From contig CM119269.1 of NCBI GenBank assembly GCA_051294375.1, positions 11,576,883 through 11,640,882 on the forward strand: 64,000 nucleotides of DNA, in the 5' to 3' direction. Under the pieces are notes generated by a model. The model made no database searches, was not told the origin of the DNA, and worked only from the letters and a program-made list of their open reading frames with translations. Position 1 is the first letter of the stretch; every line of letters starts with the position of its first letter. This document shows positions 25,452 through 40,375 of the stretch, piece by piece. The DNA is from Paraspadella gotoi (taxonomy: Eukaryota; Animalia; Chaetognatha). The position numbers were made by a program, and so were the translations under genes.

Positions 25452-25904
25452 CTCTCTCTCTCTTCTCTCTCTCTCTCTTTATTTTCAGTCTTTACAATTC
25501 TCTTTTTATTTTCGACGGTTCACCTCTTCCTCTCCTTTTACTTTTCTCCCTTCTCTCCCTCCCTTACTTTTTTTTCCCTCTCTCCCCTTTTCTTTCCTTT
25601 CTCCCCTTTTATTTTCTCCTTCCCATTTTCTCTCTCCCCATCCCTTTCCTTTCCTCCTTTTCCTCCAGAGTTCTTCCGCTTGAAATCGTCGTTGACTTTC
25701 TCCTGTTTGTTTTGGTCTGTTTAAGATGCCGTTCCTCCTCCTCCCTCCTCCCTCTCCTCCTCCTCTTCTTCATCTTCTTCTTCCTCTTCCGCTTGCCCCA
25801 TCCCCCTCGGCGAGAATGGACTCCCTGATTTTCTCTTTGATTTAACACGGAGGAATCAAAGCCTTTTTCTCTTCCTCTCTCTCCCTCTCTATCTCTCTCT
25901 ATCT

Positions 25905-25957
<53 letters not shown>

Positions 25958-26246
25958 CTCTCTCTCTCCTCTTTCTCCCTCTCTCTCTCATCTCTCCTTC
26001 TCTCCCTCTCTATCTCTCTCTCCTTCTCTATTCTCTCTCTCCCTCTCATCTTCCTACTTTTTACCTATCTATTTCTTCTCTATATAATCTCACCTCTTTT
26101 TACTCTATTCTCTTTTCTTATCTATTCATTAAATACTGAAACAAACTACGTGTCTTGCCCATGACTTTGGACAGGCTTTGGTGCTTGAAGGCCTCCATCA
26201 TTCTTACAAGAAAATAGCATAGCAGGTCCTACATCCTTCTTTTCTT

Positions 26247-26362
26247 TTTATCGAGCCAGACTGCGAAGCCCGTCCTGGCTAGATTTGGTTTTGGTTTCCC
26301 TTCTTTGTGACGTCGTCGTCGTCGGCGTCGTCGTCGTCATCGTCGGCGTCACGCTTTTTTTA
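26247..26362 (+). mobile_element. 5' end of a second HINE-like family (related copy at about 36560-36640)
   Basis: TTTTTATCGAGCCAG..GCGAAGC..CTGGCTAGAT hairpin followed by a (CGT)n microsatellite. Confidence 0.55.
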
Positions 26363-26470
26363 TATAAAAACTAGTACGGTTTATATAGTTTTGGCTGGGG
26401 GCTTACAGCATTACTATGAATTACGATGAATTTTTATAAAAGTGTGCGATCATAGTAAGTTAAAAATTTA

Positions 26471-26736
26471 GATATGGCTTCTCATCTTGAAATAGCTTTG
26501 AAATTTTTATATTACATTTGGATTCAAGAATTTTTTGTTTGAATTTTCATTATGATTTACTGCAATATGCAAATTAGATTATAGTACTCATTATTTATCC
26601 AAATTAGTATATAGAAATACTTTATTCTAATTTACATATTGCAGTAAAGAATATAGAAGATGAAATTCATAAAAAAATCTTTGAATCAATATAAAACATT
26701 TGATTTCAAAAGACCTTTTTGATGAGAAGCTATATC
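26471..26736. mobile_element. Tourist-like (PIF/Harbinger-type) MITE
   Basis: TTA|GATATGGCTTCTCATC...GATGAGAAGCTATATC|TTA, with internal inverted symmetry (TTTACTGCAATATG / CATATTGCAGTAAA). Confidence 0.7.
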
Positions 26737-26989
26737 TTAATTTTAGATAAAAATTTTACAACTTATGATTGGAAAAAATTGTAACAATTTCCAAATGTAA
26801 ACAATTGTAACATTTTTTTGCCTTTCTTTTATTTCTTTAAATTATATATAAATATTTTTTTTTGTCAGGCACTGCCTTTTCTGAATCGTTTAAAAACAAG
26901 TTCAGGCTCTGCAGTAACTGTACAGCGGATGTCCAGCGGCTGTCCAGCTTTCTCTTTTTCTCTCTCTCTGTGTCTCTCTCTGCTTCTCT

Positions 26990-27170
26990 CTGTCTCTTTC
27001 GGACAGACGGACAGACAGACAGACGGAGATCATTTTTTTGGCATAATTTATTATAATTTGATGTTCTAACATGAAATAAGTTAATGCCCGACAAGATTGA
27101 GGGGGCGGACCGACGGACCGACAAAGTGAATTACTTTAATTGAATTACTGATGAGCAGATCCGACTAAAT
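26990..27170 (-). mobile_element. HINE 5'-end fragment
   Basis: GACA/GACG microsatellite plus GAGGGGGCGGACCGACGGACCGACAAAGTGAATT...GCAGATCCGACTAAA. Shorter relics at about 31160-31230 and 40705-40780. Confidence 0.75.
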
Positions 27171-27545
27171 ATTTAAAGCCTAAAACTTTCAAACTCCACA
27201 CGGCACCATTTTACAAATTTCCAAGGAAAAACGTAACCAATCTAATTAAATTTAAAAAAAAAAAAACAACTGGGCTGTGTCAGTACCAAAAAGAAGAACC
27301 TTTGAAGCGCCCCATAGGGTTCTTCCCCCCCCCCTCTATACCAACTCTCAGATCCGAGAGGGGCACGCCGTCAGCCATTGGGGCCGCGCAAAGCCGGTCT
27401 GGGTCGCGCGCGAGGGAGCAGGGGGCGCGCAGGGTGCCAGTTGGGGGGCGCCTCTGTTTTGGCGTCTGTCTTCCCCGCCATCATTTAAATCTCAGGTCTT
27501 CCTCGGGTTCATCCGTGATTTAGAGAGGAAATTCTCGGAGGAGAC

Positions 27546-27576
<31 letters not shown>

Positions 27577-27857
27577 AGAAGAAGAAAAGGGAGGAAGAAG
27601 GAAAAGAAAAAAAGAGTAAACGGTGGCGGTTCGACTTTTTGACCCGACATCAGCGCCCGACATCAGCGCCCGACTCCAGTGCTTTACAGACGAAGTCGTT
27701 TCAGGGCGTGGGGTCTCTCACGTCAGATGATGAAGGGAAAAGGCTTTTTGTGGTTTCAGACGGTGAAGGGTTTGTTTGAGAAAATTGGCGCCATAGTTTA
27801 AAAAAAACGGAATTACTCAGAGAGAATATTTGTAATCAAAAAAGTTTTGCAAAAATA

Positions 27858-30018
27858 CCATGATGGAAAAAAAATTGTCGCTGTTTGGAAAAGTCNNNNN
27901 NNNNNNNNNNNNNNNNNNNNGGTAATTTTATGTTCAAATAATTATTTAGCCAATTAAATAGGTTTAATATATAATATGCACCTCTAGGACTGAATAAAAT
28001 AACGTTATTTCTTACAGCATAAAATTATTTAATGCATACAGCAAATACTTCTAAAAAAGGTTATCTCCAATATTTTTATACTTTTTTTATCAAGAGAGAA
28101 TTATTCATTATTGATTAATATTATATCTGTTAATATATATTTTTTAATCAGATTTGGGGTAAAAAAATAGTCCTTTGGCAAGCAGTGAAAATATTGATTC
28201 CCCTAATAAATAAACCAGGCCTCTGTTATTACTGCATTGGGATTATGCATTGTCTTTTACTTCAACAAATATTTTTTATTATTTTTTTCGTTGTCTTGCT
28301 ACTGGTTATGGACTAATATATCCCTGAAGTAAATAAAAAAGATTAATTTGCTTACAGAAAATATACCCGTTGAGCCTTTATAACTTTATTGATACTTATA
28401 ATTATAAAAATAAATTCTGGAACATTTTGTAAAGATTAATGTATTTTATGCTGCTTTTTTTGATATTATGAATTAAATTATTCCTCAAATCTATCCTAAT
28501 AAAGGTAATACAAATCAGTTTAAACTTCAAAAATGATTAAAAAAACCAGAAATTAGTATAAATTAAAATGTAGATATGAAAAGAAAAACAAATTTTGAGC
28601 AAACAATGTTGGATTGGCTTACGATAAATTGATAGTGGTAATAACGCTAACTTGTCAACTTGCATGATTGTATTCCAACTTGCATAATTTGGTCCACTGA
28701 TATAATTTGGCTTAACTGACTTGAATTTGGTCTACTGACATAATTTTGCCGTCAACTGAACGATTATTGTGTCAACTGACATTAATTTGATAATGAAGAT
28801 AATTTGGTCAATCCTGCGCATAATTTGGTCAATGGCCATAATTTATCAACTGGCCTAATTTGGTCAACTGGCATAATTTGGTTCAACTACGGCATAATTG
28901 GTCAACTTGCAGATTGATCACTTGCAGAATTGGTCAACTGGGCATAATTTTGGTCAACTTTAAGAAATCTTGGTCAACTGGTTCAGTAATTGTATGTCAA
29001 ATTGTCATAATTTGTCTCATCAATCACAATCAATCAGAGAGAGAAGAGAGAGGTAGAACTGTTCTTTTCTAAAAATTCTAAATAAATGTTCTTTTGTTTT
29101 TTCTAATTAAACTCTTTTTCCACTCCTACGATTCCATCAAAAAATTTATATCCAGTTTTATCACATACTTTCCTACCCACACACAAATATTCATTTTCCG
29201 ATTTATCTATCACAATTTTTATAAACATAAATAATTATGAGTTAAATTTAAGTTAAATAAGTACTTCAAGTAAATTATGCTGTTTTTCCATTTTAACTCA
29301 TTTCCACTCGCACGATTCCATCGAACTTTATATCCAGCTCAATCGACACACCTTTCCTACCATCATACAAAATTTCAAGTTAATTGCCCTATCCACTCAT
29401 GAGCAATCTGGGCGTTCAAATAGTGGCAAATTATATTTTTTGTTTTTTCCATTTAAACCAATTTTCCACTCGCACGATTTCCTTGAAACTTCATATCCAT
29501 CTCAATCACACCAGTTTCCCTACCCACACACAAAATTTTATACCAATCCATCCATCCAATCACGAGTAAATTGGAGTTATTTGCTAAAGTGCGACGGACG
29601 GACGGACAGGGACGGATGGACGGTACGACGTTTATGGACGGTACGGACAGACAGAGAGACAGACAGTGACGGTAGAACGCGACATAATTTTTTTTGCATA
29701 ATTTATCATAAATTCGATGTTCTGACCTGATATAAGTGTGTGCCCGACAATATTGAGGGGGGACCACGGATCCAACAAAGTGAATTATAGAGTTGGGATC
29801 TGCTGATAAGCAGATCGACTAAAAAGTTTTTTTTGACAGGCTCATTTCTTTTGCATGGAACTCTTATATTTTTTGTTGTACATAAATGTGACACAGCTCA
29901 TATGAATATAAGAGGCTAAAGTTTCACAATATCTAAATGTTTATTTTTAGATTCATATATTTAAAAAGGCCCAAAAATAGCTGGAAAGTAAACTGCGACA
30001 ATTTTTTTTCCATCATGG
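27858..30018. mobile_element. Non-autonomous TIR element with TA flanks and a nested HINE (gapped copy)
   Basis: TA|CCATGATGGAAAAAAAATTGTCGC ... GCGACAATTTTTTTTCCATCATGG|TA. A 25-N gap follows the left TIR. Confidence 0.75.
28586..29825 (-). mobile_element. Full-length HINE/DINE-1-like element with an internal 18-bp tandem repeat
   Basis: Both ends are present (AAACAAATTTTGAGCAAACAATGTTGGAT... and GATCTGCTGATAAGCAGATCGACTAAAAA). It contains (GCATAATTTGGTCAACT)-type repeats and a GGAC microsatellite. Confidence 0.8.
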
Positions 30019-30557
30019 TACCAATTTTTCTTTATTCTGATAAGACAAAACAACAATTGACAGGAAAACCACCCGTTTAAACATTAAGAATTTAAAGTTT
30101 TAAAGTAATTATAACATACAGTATAGGATGTTTAATTTTTTTTATCTGGTGTAATTTTTTAAATGATTCTACTTAAACCTAATTTTAAATCTGTCGTAAT
30201 TAGTATATGAAAATTATAATTTTTACTTCTCTTTATTATTTAATAAAAATTTTTTTCAGAAATTATTAGAGAGTTAAGTTATATTTTTCCCATAATCATA
30301 ACATCTGTAATTAGTTTTACTTAATATTTTTATATTATTTGGGGGAAGGGATGTTATTAGTGGCGTTTCTCATTTGAAAATCATTTCCGATCTATATTAT
30401 CATCTAATCATATTATGTTCGCCTTCAGTCGTCGTCTTCGTTTTTCTTCCCTATTGCTCACTCACTCCCCAAAAACTTCTACCCGATCGGCTCTTCCTCT
30501 TCAACCCCATTCCGCCGCACCCCCCCAACGCGGTCTCGACTCCATCAAAAATAACGA

Positions 30558-30594
<37 letters not shown>

Positions 30595-32184
30595 TCTCTC
30601 TCTCTCTTCTCTCTCTCTCTTCTCTCTCTCTCTCTCCCTCTCAGGACCGATTCCTGTTCAACAAACAGAAAAGGACTCAAAAGACTCACGAGAGGTCTCA
30701 CGGTGAAGGAAAAGGTGAGAGAGAGGCAGAAAGATGAGAGATGAGAGAGAGAGAGAGAGAGAGATAGAGAGAGGAGAGAGAGAGAGAGAGCAGAGAGATG
30801 GAGAAAAAAGTGCAACATAAGTAATACAACCATTTTAATGATATAGAGAACGGAGACGGCAGCTAGTCTGTAAAAATAATAAGAGGAAAGGACAAGGAAA
30901 GGAAAGGAAAGGATATATCAACGGAAAGAAAAAAAAGTGACAGAAAAAAGTAAGAAAAAAGAGTTTAGAGTTTTGCGCCCGCAGTTTAATTTTTTCATTT
31001 GAACGCATTTTTACGGTAATCATTGAGATTAATAAAAATTATTATAGCTTGGTATTTAAAATATATATTCTAAACGTTTCACTAATACTAATTTACCTCT
31101 TTTGCCAATATAAGTCAAATATATTGGAGTTAATGCAACTTTACGACAAGATTTAGCGGGTTTGGGACCGATGGACCGACAAAGTGAATTATGCAGTCAG
31201 GATCTTGCTGACAAGCAGATCCGACTAGAAATAACATTCTTATTCATGATAATTTAAATATTTTGTTTGGATCATTCTGATAGCACAAGAATAAAACCAA
31301 AACATACAAACATTCTTTTATTTGGTAGTTTTTAAGCTTTTGCAATATTATTTAAAAATCAATACAAAATTAACAAAATTGCAATATTAAAGTTGAACAG
31401 GACGGACCGACCAAAAAGTGTCTTACAGAGTCGCTTCCGTGCAAAAAAGAAGAAGAATAAATTAGAGCTAATCGGAGGAAATGAGGAAGATGAGCTCAAT
31501 TTACTTCCTCACGGATTCTTAATCGCGCGCGGGTTCTTGAATTCGGTCTCACAACGTGAGATAGAATGCGATTGCAGTCACAGTTGGAAACAAATAAGTG
31601 AAACAGGAGGATCGATGTGAGAAGCAGAAAATGATGAAAAACAATTTTGTTGAGATTGATCAGTTTGTTGATGGTCAGATGTATTTGTAGTTCACATTTA
31701 GAACAAACACTTGTTGCAGGGCAAGTTTTTTTTTAACCCTTATTTCTCTATCTCTCTTCTCTCTCTCTGTCTCTTTCTCTCTCGTATTCTCTCTCTCACA
31801 CATTTACTACCTCCCCTAACAAAAAAATTCACCACCCGTTGGGCCCGGTGAAAAATAGCCGCACTCGCAATAGTACGTCTGGCAGCGGGCGGGCGGCCGA
31901 TGCGGCAGCGGAATACTGCGACGGGGCGGCGGCGGCGGCGGCGGCGGGCGGGCGCGGCGGCGGGCGTAGCGGCGGCGGCGGCGGCCGCGCGGCGCCGGCG
32001 GCGGCGCCGGCGGCGGCGGGCTAAATCGGGAGAGTAACGAGTCTTGCTCGTGGAAAAAGCGCCTCCTAACGGAGAGAAGCTCAGTGTCGCCCGGTGTCGG
32101 TCTTCCTCGACGGCGCGTTCGAGCCGACGGTGGCGTTCCGCTGCCCGGTGCTCCGATCGCCGACCGAAAGTCAAACGATAGGCC

Positions 32185-33130
32185 GTGATGTAGAAATGCT
32201 TGTGTTCGAGTGATTGAAGGAAAACAGGAAGAGAGGCTATGATGTAGAAATAAGAAGCCGAATCAGTTCGCCTGGTTGTGTTTGATTAATGCGAGAGAAA
32301 GAATATGAGGCTTGTGAATGTAGAAATCGGAGCCGATCCGTGGCTCTTGTGTTCAAGTGATGGAGAGATAGGAAGCAGAGACGGTGCATGTAACGACGTC
32401 CGTCCGATGTGTTCAAGATTGAGAGATAGAGATAAAGGTTGTGCATGTAGAAAATTGGTGCTTGCATCAGTTGGTTGTTATGTTCGAGTTATGCCGAGAG
32501 ATAGAGAGGTCGTGATGGTAGAATTCGGTGCCGATTAGTGGCTTTTGTGTCAAGTGAGGGAGAGATAGAGAGAGTGGCTGTGATGTAGAAATCCGGTGCC
32601 GATCAGTGAGGCTGTTGTGTTCGATGTGATGGAAGATAAGGAGAAAAGGCCGTGATGTAAAATCGGTGCCAATCAGTAGCTGTTTTTTTCAGATGATGGA
32701 GAGATAAAGAGAAAGGCCCATGATTGTAGAAAATGGTGCTGATCGAGTGGTGTGTTTTCAAGTTTTATGGAAAGATTGAGAGAAAGGCCGTGGATGTATT
32801 AAGATCATGCGATTCATGTGGATGTTGTGTTCGAGTGATGGGAGAGATAGGAGAGAGACAAGGCCATGATGTAGAAATTGGTGCTGATTAATGGCTGTTG
32901 TGTTCATGATAGAGAGGATAGAAATCCGCTGATGTAGAAATCGGTTGCAATAAGTGGCTGTGTGTTTGATGATGAGAGATAGAGAGAAAGGCCGTGAAGT
33001 AGGGAAATCAATGCTTGATCACTGGCTGTTGGGTATCGAGCTGATGGAGAGATAGTTGAGAATAGTCCGTGATGTAGAATTGCCAGGTGCCAATAAGTGG
33101 CTTTTGTGTTCGAGTGATGGAGAGAAGAAA
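32185..33130. repeat. 68-bp tandem satellite (noisy copy)
   Basis: Indel-rich version of 41630-42545. Confidence 0.9.
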
Positions 33131-35574
33131 GAGAGAAATTAGAGGTGGTGTCCGTCGAAGGGGTGGCAGATGCGGTTTTAGACGGTTTTTAACTATAGCG
33201 ACGGAAAAGTAAATCGTGAATGAGAAGCGATAAACAACTTTGTGTTGAAGTTGACTTACTTCAATTACTTGCCACAAGCTGTGACAAAAACTCAACGAGG
33301 GATTCGACGATCGGAAAAACTATTATCCATCGCTGAAACAAAATTCCTTCATCGAACATACGAAATTATAATTAAAAGATTAATTCTCTCCTTTGGTCTT
33401 TCTGTCTGGTATTATCTTTGTCATCACTTATTCATCGCCTCAATCGGTTATAAAACCTAAAGACCTTCCATTTTTGGTTAATTGAATAAAATAGATCTAC
33501 CAAAAATCAATAAGAATACTAGATCGTCTATTAACGACTTCTTCTATTTGGTTTTCTTCTGTCTGCTCTGTACATTGGAACCATAAAAACAAAAAAAAAG
33601 TTGACCGGAATAAAACTCACAAGAGCGATCAAATGATAGAGTACAATCCATTTTTCGTGGTGTTTGAACATAATAATTTATAGTCATATATTTTGGATAA
33701 TTTTAAGATAAATTTTGATAAGTATCATAATACTATTATTTTGATATTTATTTAATTTTTTTTTTCTATATATTTTAATAATATATTATTATTTATATTG
33801 ACTTAAATTTATTTAAATTATCAACGTTCATTAACTCTAGTTCATGTAATTTTTTTATTTGCTGCCCTTTCACCAATCTCAGCCTATTCTACTTAAATTA
33901 AGTTTTATTAAACAAACCTTTATAAACTTAGTAATAAAGGTTGATAAGTAATAAATATGAGATATAAACAAAATAATTTTTTTAATTTTGACAACACATT
34001 ATTTTTTAAATTAAGTTCTTGAGAAAGTTAAAATAAACAAATATAAGACTTAAATAAATCTAGAATTTAAGGCTGAAAACAGACTCCTATAATCTTGCAT
34101 TTTATCAGTATTTGAATTTGATTTAATCTGAACTTTGGTCTTTCACTGTTTTTGTTGCTTTCGCTTCTTTCGGTGGGAATCTCTTGTCAAATCATTCAAA
34201 TAATTCTTACCTAAAAGGTTAAACAGGAAAACTCTAAGGGATAATATTTGTTTTAAAATTCTATTCATTTGTCCAAAACAAAACTTATTCCATGATTTGT
34301 GATTACCTATTTAAGGTATTTATGATTATTAAAATATTTCCCTATATTAAATGCAGCAATCTAAAATAAACATTATTTGGATAAAAAAAAATAAAATGAC
34401 TAAATAAGGACCCGTTTTATTGCTGCTGAGGGGCACAGAACATACGGATATAATCTTCAGGATCACTTAAGCACCTTATTCACAACTGGGTTAAGCTCAT
34501 CTCGTAGAGCGTATTTAACCTTATCCCAGGCCCTGGACTTGCTGGAAGATTGGCTCCCTTCGCTCCACCTTTAAAGCAGTATAGGGTGGTTTACAATTCT
34601 GGGAGGCATTTAGTCGGGTATTACATAGGTGGACCCCAAATTTCGGTGTCAGTTCAGTATTTCCAAACTACTGTTTAAATTAAAAAAAATTTTTTGGGGA
34701 AACTTTTAGCAGCTTTTTTAAAACAGAATTATTTATTAAAATAATTAACAATATCATATCCTCAGAATAGCCTTAAAACATATTAGAGAATGATAACTTA
34801 GCAAAGTAAAGTAAAAAGTAAGCTGCCCAGCCTTGGTTCAATTAGAGTTGTCAAAAGTGATTATTTAAAATTTTAAATCTTTTTTCAAATATATGACCTG
34901 TTTAAATTATATATTCATTTCAAATCTCTTATATCTCTGTTTGTAAATTTCAAAAAAATGTATCTTTATTATTTCATTTATCCCTTGTTGTTTCTCTCTT
35001 CTCTCTCTTCTTTCTCTTCTCTCTAACAAGTTTCACTTCTTTTCACAACTCTTTGCCCTCACCTTTCAACCTTGTTCCTCACATCTGACCACTATTCTGT
35101 CTCACCAGCTCTTGGTGGAAACTTTTACCCTCTCTGAAGTAGAACCAGTGGCCACAGATAGTTTGTGGACCGGAGAGAGACTGAGATATCTCTACTCGAG
35201 GCTCTCTCCTCTTCTCTGCCGCGTCAACCTCAGTCAGAATTTGGATCGCGAGTTTAGTTGATAGATTCCGGCCTCGCTGGACGATTTCCCTCGGTATTTT
35301 GGAACCGCATTTTCCTACTTGCATTTTTACAACTGCTTTAACGAATTATTACGTTGGATTATAGTTACGGATTATTGATTGCATTTTCTTTAGAATTATA
35401 CTTCGATTACTCTATGATTTTCTCTTACCATTGTTCTTCGAGATCTATACTCATATATAGAGTCAGGTGGATGCCTGTCGCGTTGCCGTATTAGCGAGCC
35501 TTTGCCTGGACCAACTGATTATTCTTGGAGCGGCGGTAGAGAGGACACTAAACTTATCTCTACACCCTCTCTCA

Positions 35575-35612
<38 letters not shown>

Positions 35613-35639
35613 ACACTCTTCTTACACAAATTTTTTAAT

Positions 35640-35700
35640 GAATGTCAAATGCTGATGAAGGCTTGAAGCCAAACAAGCCGAAAACATTTCCGTCTCTTAA
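35640..35700 (+). ncRNA. Hammerhead ribozyme core in a second pLTR family
   Basis: AAATG CTGATGA(35652-35658) A GGCTTG aagccaaa CAAGCC GAAA ACATTTCCGTC, with a perfect 6-bp stem II. A degenerate duplicate lies at about 44975-45015. Confidence 0.7.
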
Positions 35701-36876
35701 TAATAAAAAATTCGTTGTAATAATTAAAAAAATACTTTGCTTTCTCAACAATTATATATAACATATTATATATATTATATATGTATATATATATTATTAT
35801 AACATATTATATTGCGTTGTACCAATTTCATTAAAATATTATATTTATAAACAAGTATCATGAAAGAGCCTGAGAAAAAAAGATTTGAGATAACCAATCA
35901 CAATTTGATTAAAAAATCATAAATTTACTCTCAGCTAATTGATTTTTAAAAACGATGTTTCGTTTGCAGTATCCTAAGTTAAATTAAAGCATGGACAGTT
36001 AAATTTCTATACGTACAGTATTCGTAAGAACGTCATTCTCTTTTAGTGCACTTATGAAAGGGCTTTCTGAGAAACCGCTTTGAAATAATTATACGGCATT
36101 TGAATATAATGTTATCTTTAGTATTTTAATCTTCTCGAGAAAACTTACAAAGTAAAAAAGATTAAGATCTAAAAAAAGTGAGTTTAAAAATTAGAGCGAT
36201 TTAAAATCCATCTTCTGCTGTATCAATTGCTGAGGCCAGTATCAAGTCGATTCTGATAAAATTTGCGTATATAAATAGTTTTGGTTTTTTACTTTTAATT
36301 CATATTTAACATTGAAACAAGTTTGAGCAAACAATGTCGGATTGCCTTACGATAATTAATTAATTAATTGATTAATTAATTAATTAATTAATAGGATTAA
36401 ATAATTTAATTATAGATTAATTAATTTAATTAATTAAATAGATTACATTATAATTTATATTCAGCTTTCATTTCATCGATGTCCTTAAAAGTTGAGTCAG
36501 GACAGTTTATTAATGTTTTGTTTACATTTTATTCAAAACAAGACAAAAATATCCTCCTATTAATCGAGCCAGGCGGGCAAAGCCCGTCCTGTCTTCGATT
36601 TTTTTTCGGTTTAGCTTTCGCGGTCGTCGCTTTTTTGCAATCATGGCCTTCTGAAAGTGTGATTATCATTAGGAGTGAGATTTTCATACTATGGCCTGTC
36701 TAATCATCAAGATCTTTTAAAATTCTTTCATGTTCATATCCAATATTGGTATTTGTTTATGTTTTATTTACAAAACAAAAACGTTTTAATTATATGTCGC
36801 TCTCTCTCTCTCTCTTTTTGCTCGTCACTTGCCCTTCTTCTAAAACGAGTTCCGGCTCGTGCAGCGATGTCCAGCT

Positions 36877-36928
<52 letters not shown>

Positions 36929-36929
36929 G

Positions 36930-36963
<34 letters not shown>

Positions 36964-37428
36964 TACAAAAAAAATTTTTAGATTAATGTGGTTCACTTAA
37001 TGTAAAAACGATCGCACGAACATGGCGCAACCCGGGTCCTTTTGGGCTACGAGAATAGCTCACGCAACGTGCGGTCGCCATAAGTCTGCTGATTCTTTTA
37101 CGAGTAAAGGGCTGTAGGGCTTCTTCTCTGCTCGGTCTTCTTTTAATTATTATATATCGCTTCTTTCTCTTTCTCTTTTTCTTCTGCAGCGGCTGTCTCT
37201 CTCTCTTGCTCTCTCTCTGTCTCTCGTCTCTCATGTATGTGTTCTGTCCCTCCACCCCCCCATATCTGTCGATCCTTTTGCGTGATCGTTTGTTTTTTGA
37301 AAAATTCTGATTATTTTTTTCCTTCTAAAAACTTTTTATTGATTGCCATTTGATTCCGCGCTTTTTCCAATACAAAATCCATATTTTCATCCGAGATTTC
37401 CGTTGGATTTATTCTCTTCTCTCTCTTA

Positions 37429-39666
37429 CCATGATGGAAAAAAAATTGTCGCTGTTTGGAAAAGTCGGTTAATTTTATTGTCAAATAAATTATTTAGCCA
37501 ATAAATAGGTTTAATATATAATATGACCTCCTAGGACTGAATAAAAATAATATTTCTTAACAGCATAAAATTATTTAATGCATACAAATACTTCTAAAAA
37601 AGGTTATCTCCAAGTATTTTTTATATTTTTTTATCAAGAGGATTATTCATATTATTATTAATATTATATCTTTAATATAATATTTTTTATCAGATTTGGG
37701 GTAAAAAATAGTCCTTGGCAAGCAGTGAAAAATATTGATCCCCTATAAAATAAACCAGGCCTCTGTTATTACTGCATTATGGGATTATGCATTGTCTTTC
37801 ACTTCAACAAATTTTTTATATTTTTATTTGAATTTGTTTGATACTTGGTTATGATAATATATCCTGAAGTAAATAAAAAAGATAATTTGCTTACAGAAAA
37901 TATACCCGGAGCTTTATAACTTTATTGATACTTTATAATATAAAAATAAAATTCTGGAACATTTAAAGCATTAATGTATTTTTAATGCTGCTCTTTTTTG
38001 ATATATGAATTAAGATTCATTCCTAAATCTATCCTAATAAAGGTAATACAATAGTTTAACTCAAAAAATGATTAAAAAGAACCAGAAATTAGTATAAATA
38101 AAAAATGTAGATATGAAAAAGAATAAACAAATTTGAGCAAACAATGTTGGATCTGCCTACGATAATTAAGTGGTAATAAGCTAACTTGGTCAACTTGCAT
38201 GATTTAATCAACTTGCATAATTTGGTCCACTGATATAATTTGGTTAACTGACTTAATTTGGTCTACTGACATAAGATCTTGGTCAACTGAACATAATTTG
38301 GTCAAATCATACATAAAATTTGATTAATGAAGATAAATTTGGGTCAAATTCCTGGTTATTTGGTCAACTGGCATATTTTGCTTTAATCATCAACCTGGCA
38401 TTTTTTTATCACTAACTGGGCCTATAATTGTGGTTTGATCAACTTCATACGGTGCGTATTGTGTGTCAAGGAGTGGCATAGATTGGTCACGAAGGATCAT
38501 GATCCTATATGTCAACTATTTGCCTGGATGCAAACTTGATTTGGCCATATGATCTTGATTGCCTCATCAGGGAATTTGTGGGTGGCTCTGGCCATGATTT
38601 CTGGGTCCTTAAGATTGGTTCAGCTGGACATAATTTTTGTCAATTGTCATATTTGGTCACTGAACTCATCAATCAATACAGAGAGAGATAGAGAGGAGGA
38701 AACTTTTCAAGCAATATGTGTCTTTTTGCGTTTACCGTACCATTTAACCCCTTTGTTTCTACTCCTACGATTCCATCAAAAAATTTATATCAGCTTTATC
38801 ACATATTTCGCACCACACACAAAAATTTCAATTTCGATTTTATCTATCCAATTTTTAATAAACATAATAATTAATGAAGTAAATTTATAAGTAAAAATAC
38901 TTCAAAGTAAATATGACTTTTGTTTTTTTTCCATTTTAACTCATTTTCCACACGCACGATTCCATCAAACTTTATATCCAGCTCAATCAACAACTTTCTA
39001 CATCATACAAAATTTCAAGGTTAATTGCCCTATCCACTCATGAGCAATTGCGTTCAAATAATGAAATATATTTTTTGTTTTTCCATTAAACAATTTCCAC
39101 TCGCACGATTCCTTAAACTCATATCCTCTCAATCACACAGTTTCCTACCCACAACACAGCGATAAAATTTTATAAATCCAATCCATTGCATCCCCAAAAT
39201 CCAAACGAGGGGTTTTAAATTGGAAAAGGGTTTTTTATTTGCTAAAGTGGGACGGACGGACGGACAGACGGATGGACGGACGGACGTATGGACGGACGGA
39301 CAGACAGAGAGACAGACAGACGGATGGACGGACATAATTTTTTTTGCATAATTTATCATAATTCGATGTTCTGACCTGATATAAGTGTGTGCCCGACAAT
39401 ATTGAGGGGGCGGACCGACGGACCAACAAAGTGAATTATAGAGTTGGGATCTGCTGATAAGCAGATCCGACTAAAAAGTTTTTTTGACAGCTCATTTTCT
39501 TTTGCATGGAACTCTTATATTTTTTGTTGTACATAAATGTGACACAGCTCATATGAATTATAAGAGGCTAAAGTTTCACAATATCTAAATTTTATTTTTA
39601 GATTCATATATTAAAAGGCCAAAAAATAGCTGGAAAGTAACTGCGACAATTTTTTTTCCATCATGG
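37429..39666. mobile_element. Non-autonomous TIR element with TA TSD (Tc1/mariner-like), with a nested HINE
   Basis: 24-bp TIRs CCATGATGGAAAAAAAATTGTCGC, with TA on both sides. Confidence 0.85.
38125..39477 (-). mobile_element. Full-length HINE/DINE-1-like element
   Basis: SubTIRs GTTGGATCTGC / GCAGATCCGAC, terminal hairpins, a (GGAC)n/(GACA)n microsatellite and A-run flanks. Confidence 0.85.
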
Positions 39667-40185
39667 TACAATTTTTCTTTATCTGATAAGAAAACAACAA
39701 TGACAGGAAAACCACCCGTTTAAACATAAGAATTTAAAGTAATTATACATACAGTACTAGGATGTTTAATTTTTTTTATCTGGTGTAATTTTTTAACATG
39801 TTTCTACTTAAACCTAATTAAATCTGTCGTAATTAGTATATGAAAATTATAATTTTACTTCTCTTTATTATTTAAAATAAAAATTTTTTTCAGAAAATTA
39901 TAGAGAGTTAAGTATATTTTCCATAGATATAACATCTGGTAATTAGTTTTACTTAATATTTTTATATTATTATGGGGAAGGGATGTTATTAGCGTTCTCA
40001 TTTGAAAATCATTTCCGATCTATATTATCATCTAATCATATTATGTTCGCCTCAGTCGTCGTCTTCGTTTTCTTCCCTATTGGCTCACTCCACTCCCCCA
40101 AAAACTCTACCCGATCGGCTCTTCCTTCTTCACCCCATTCCGCCGCCCCCCCCAACGCCGGCCGTCTCGACTCATCAAAATAACG

Positions 40186-40259
<74 letters not shown>

Positions 40260-40340
40260 TCAGGACCGATCCTGTTCACAAACAGAAAAGGACTCAAAAG
40301 ACTCACGACGACGGTCCCATCCTACGGAGTGAAGGTAAAA

Positions 40341-40375
<35 letters not shown>

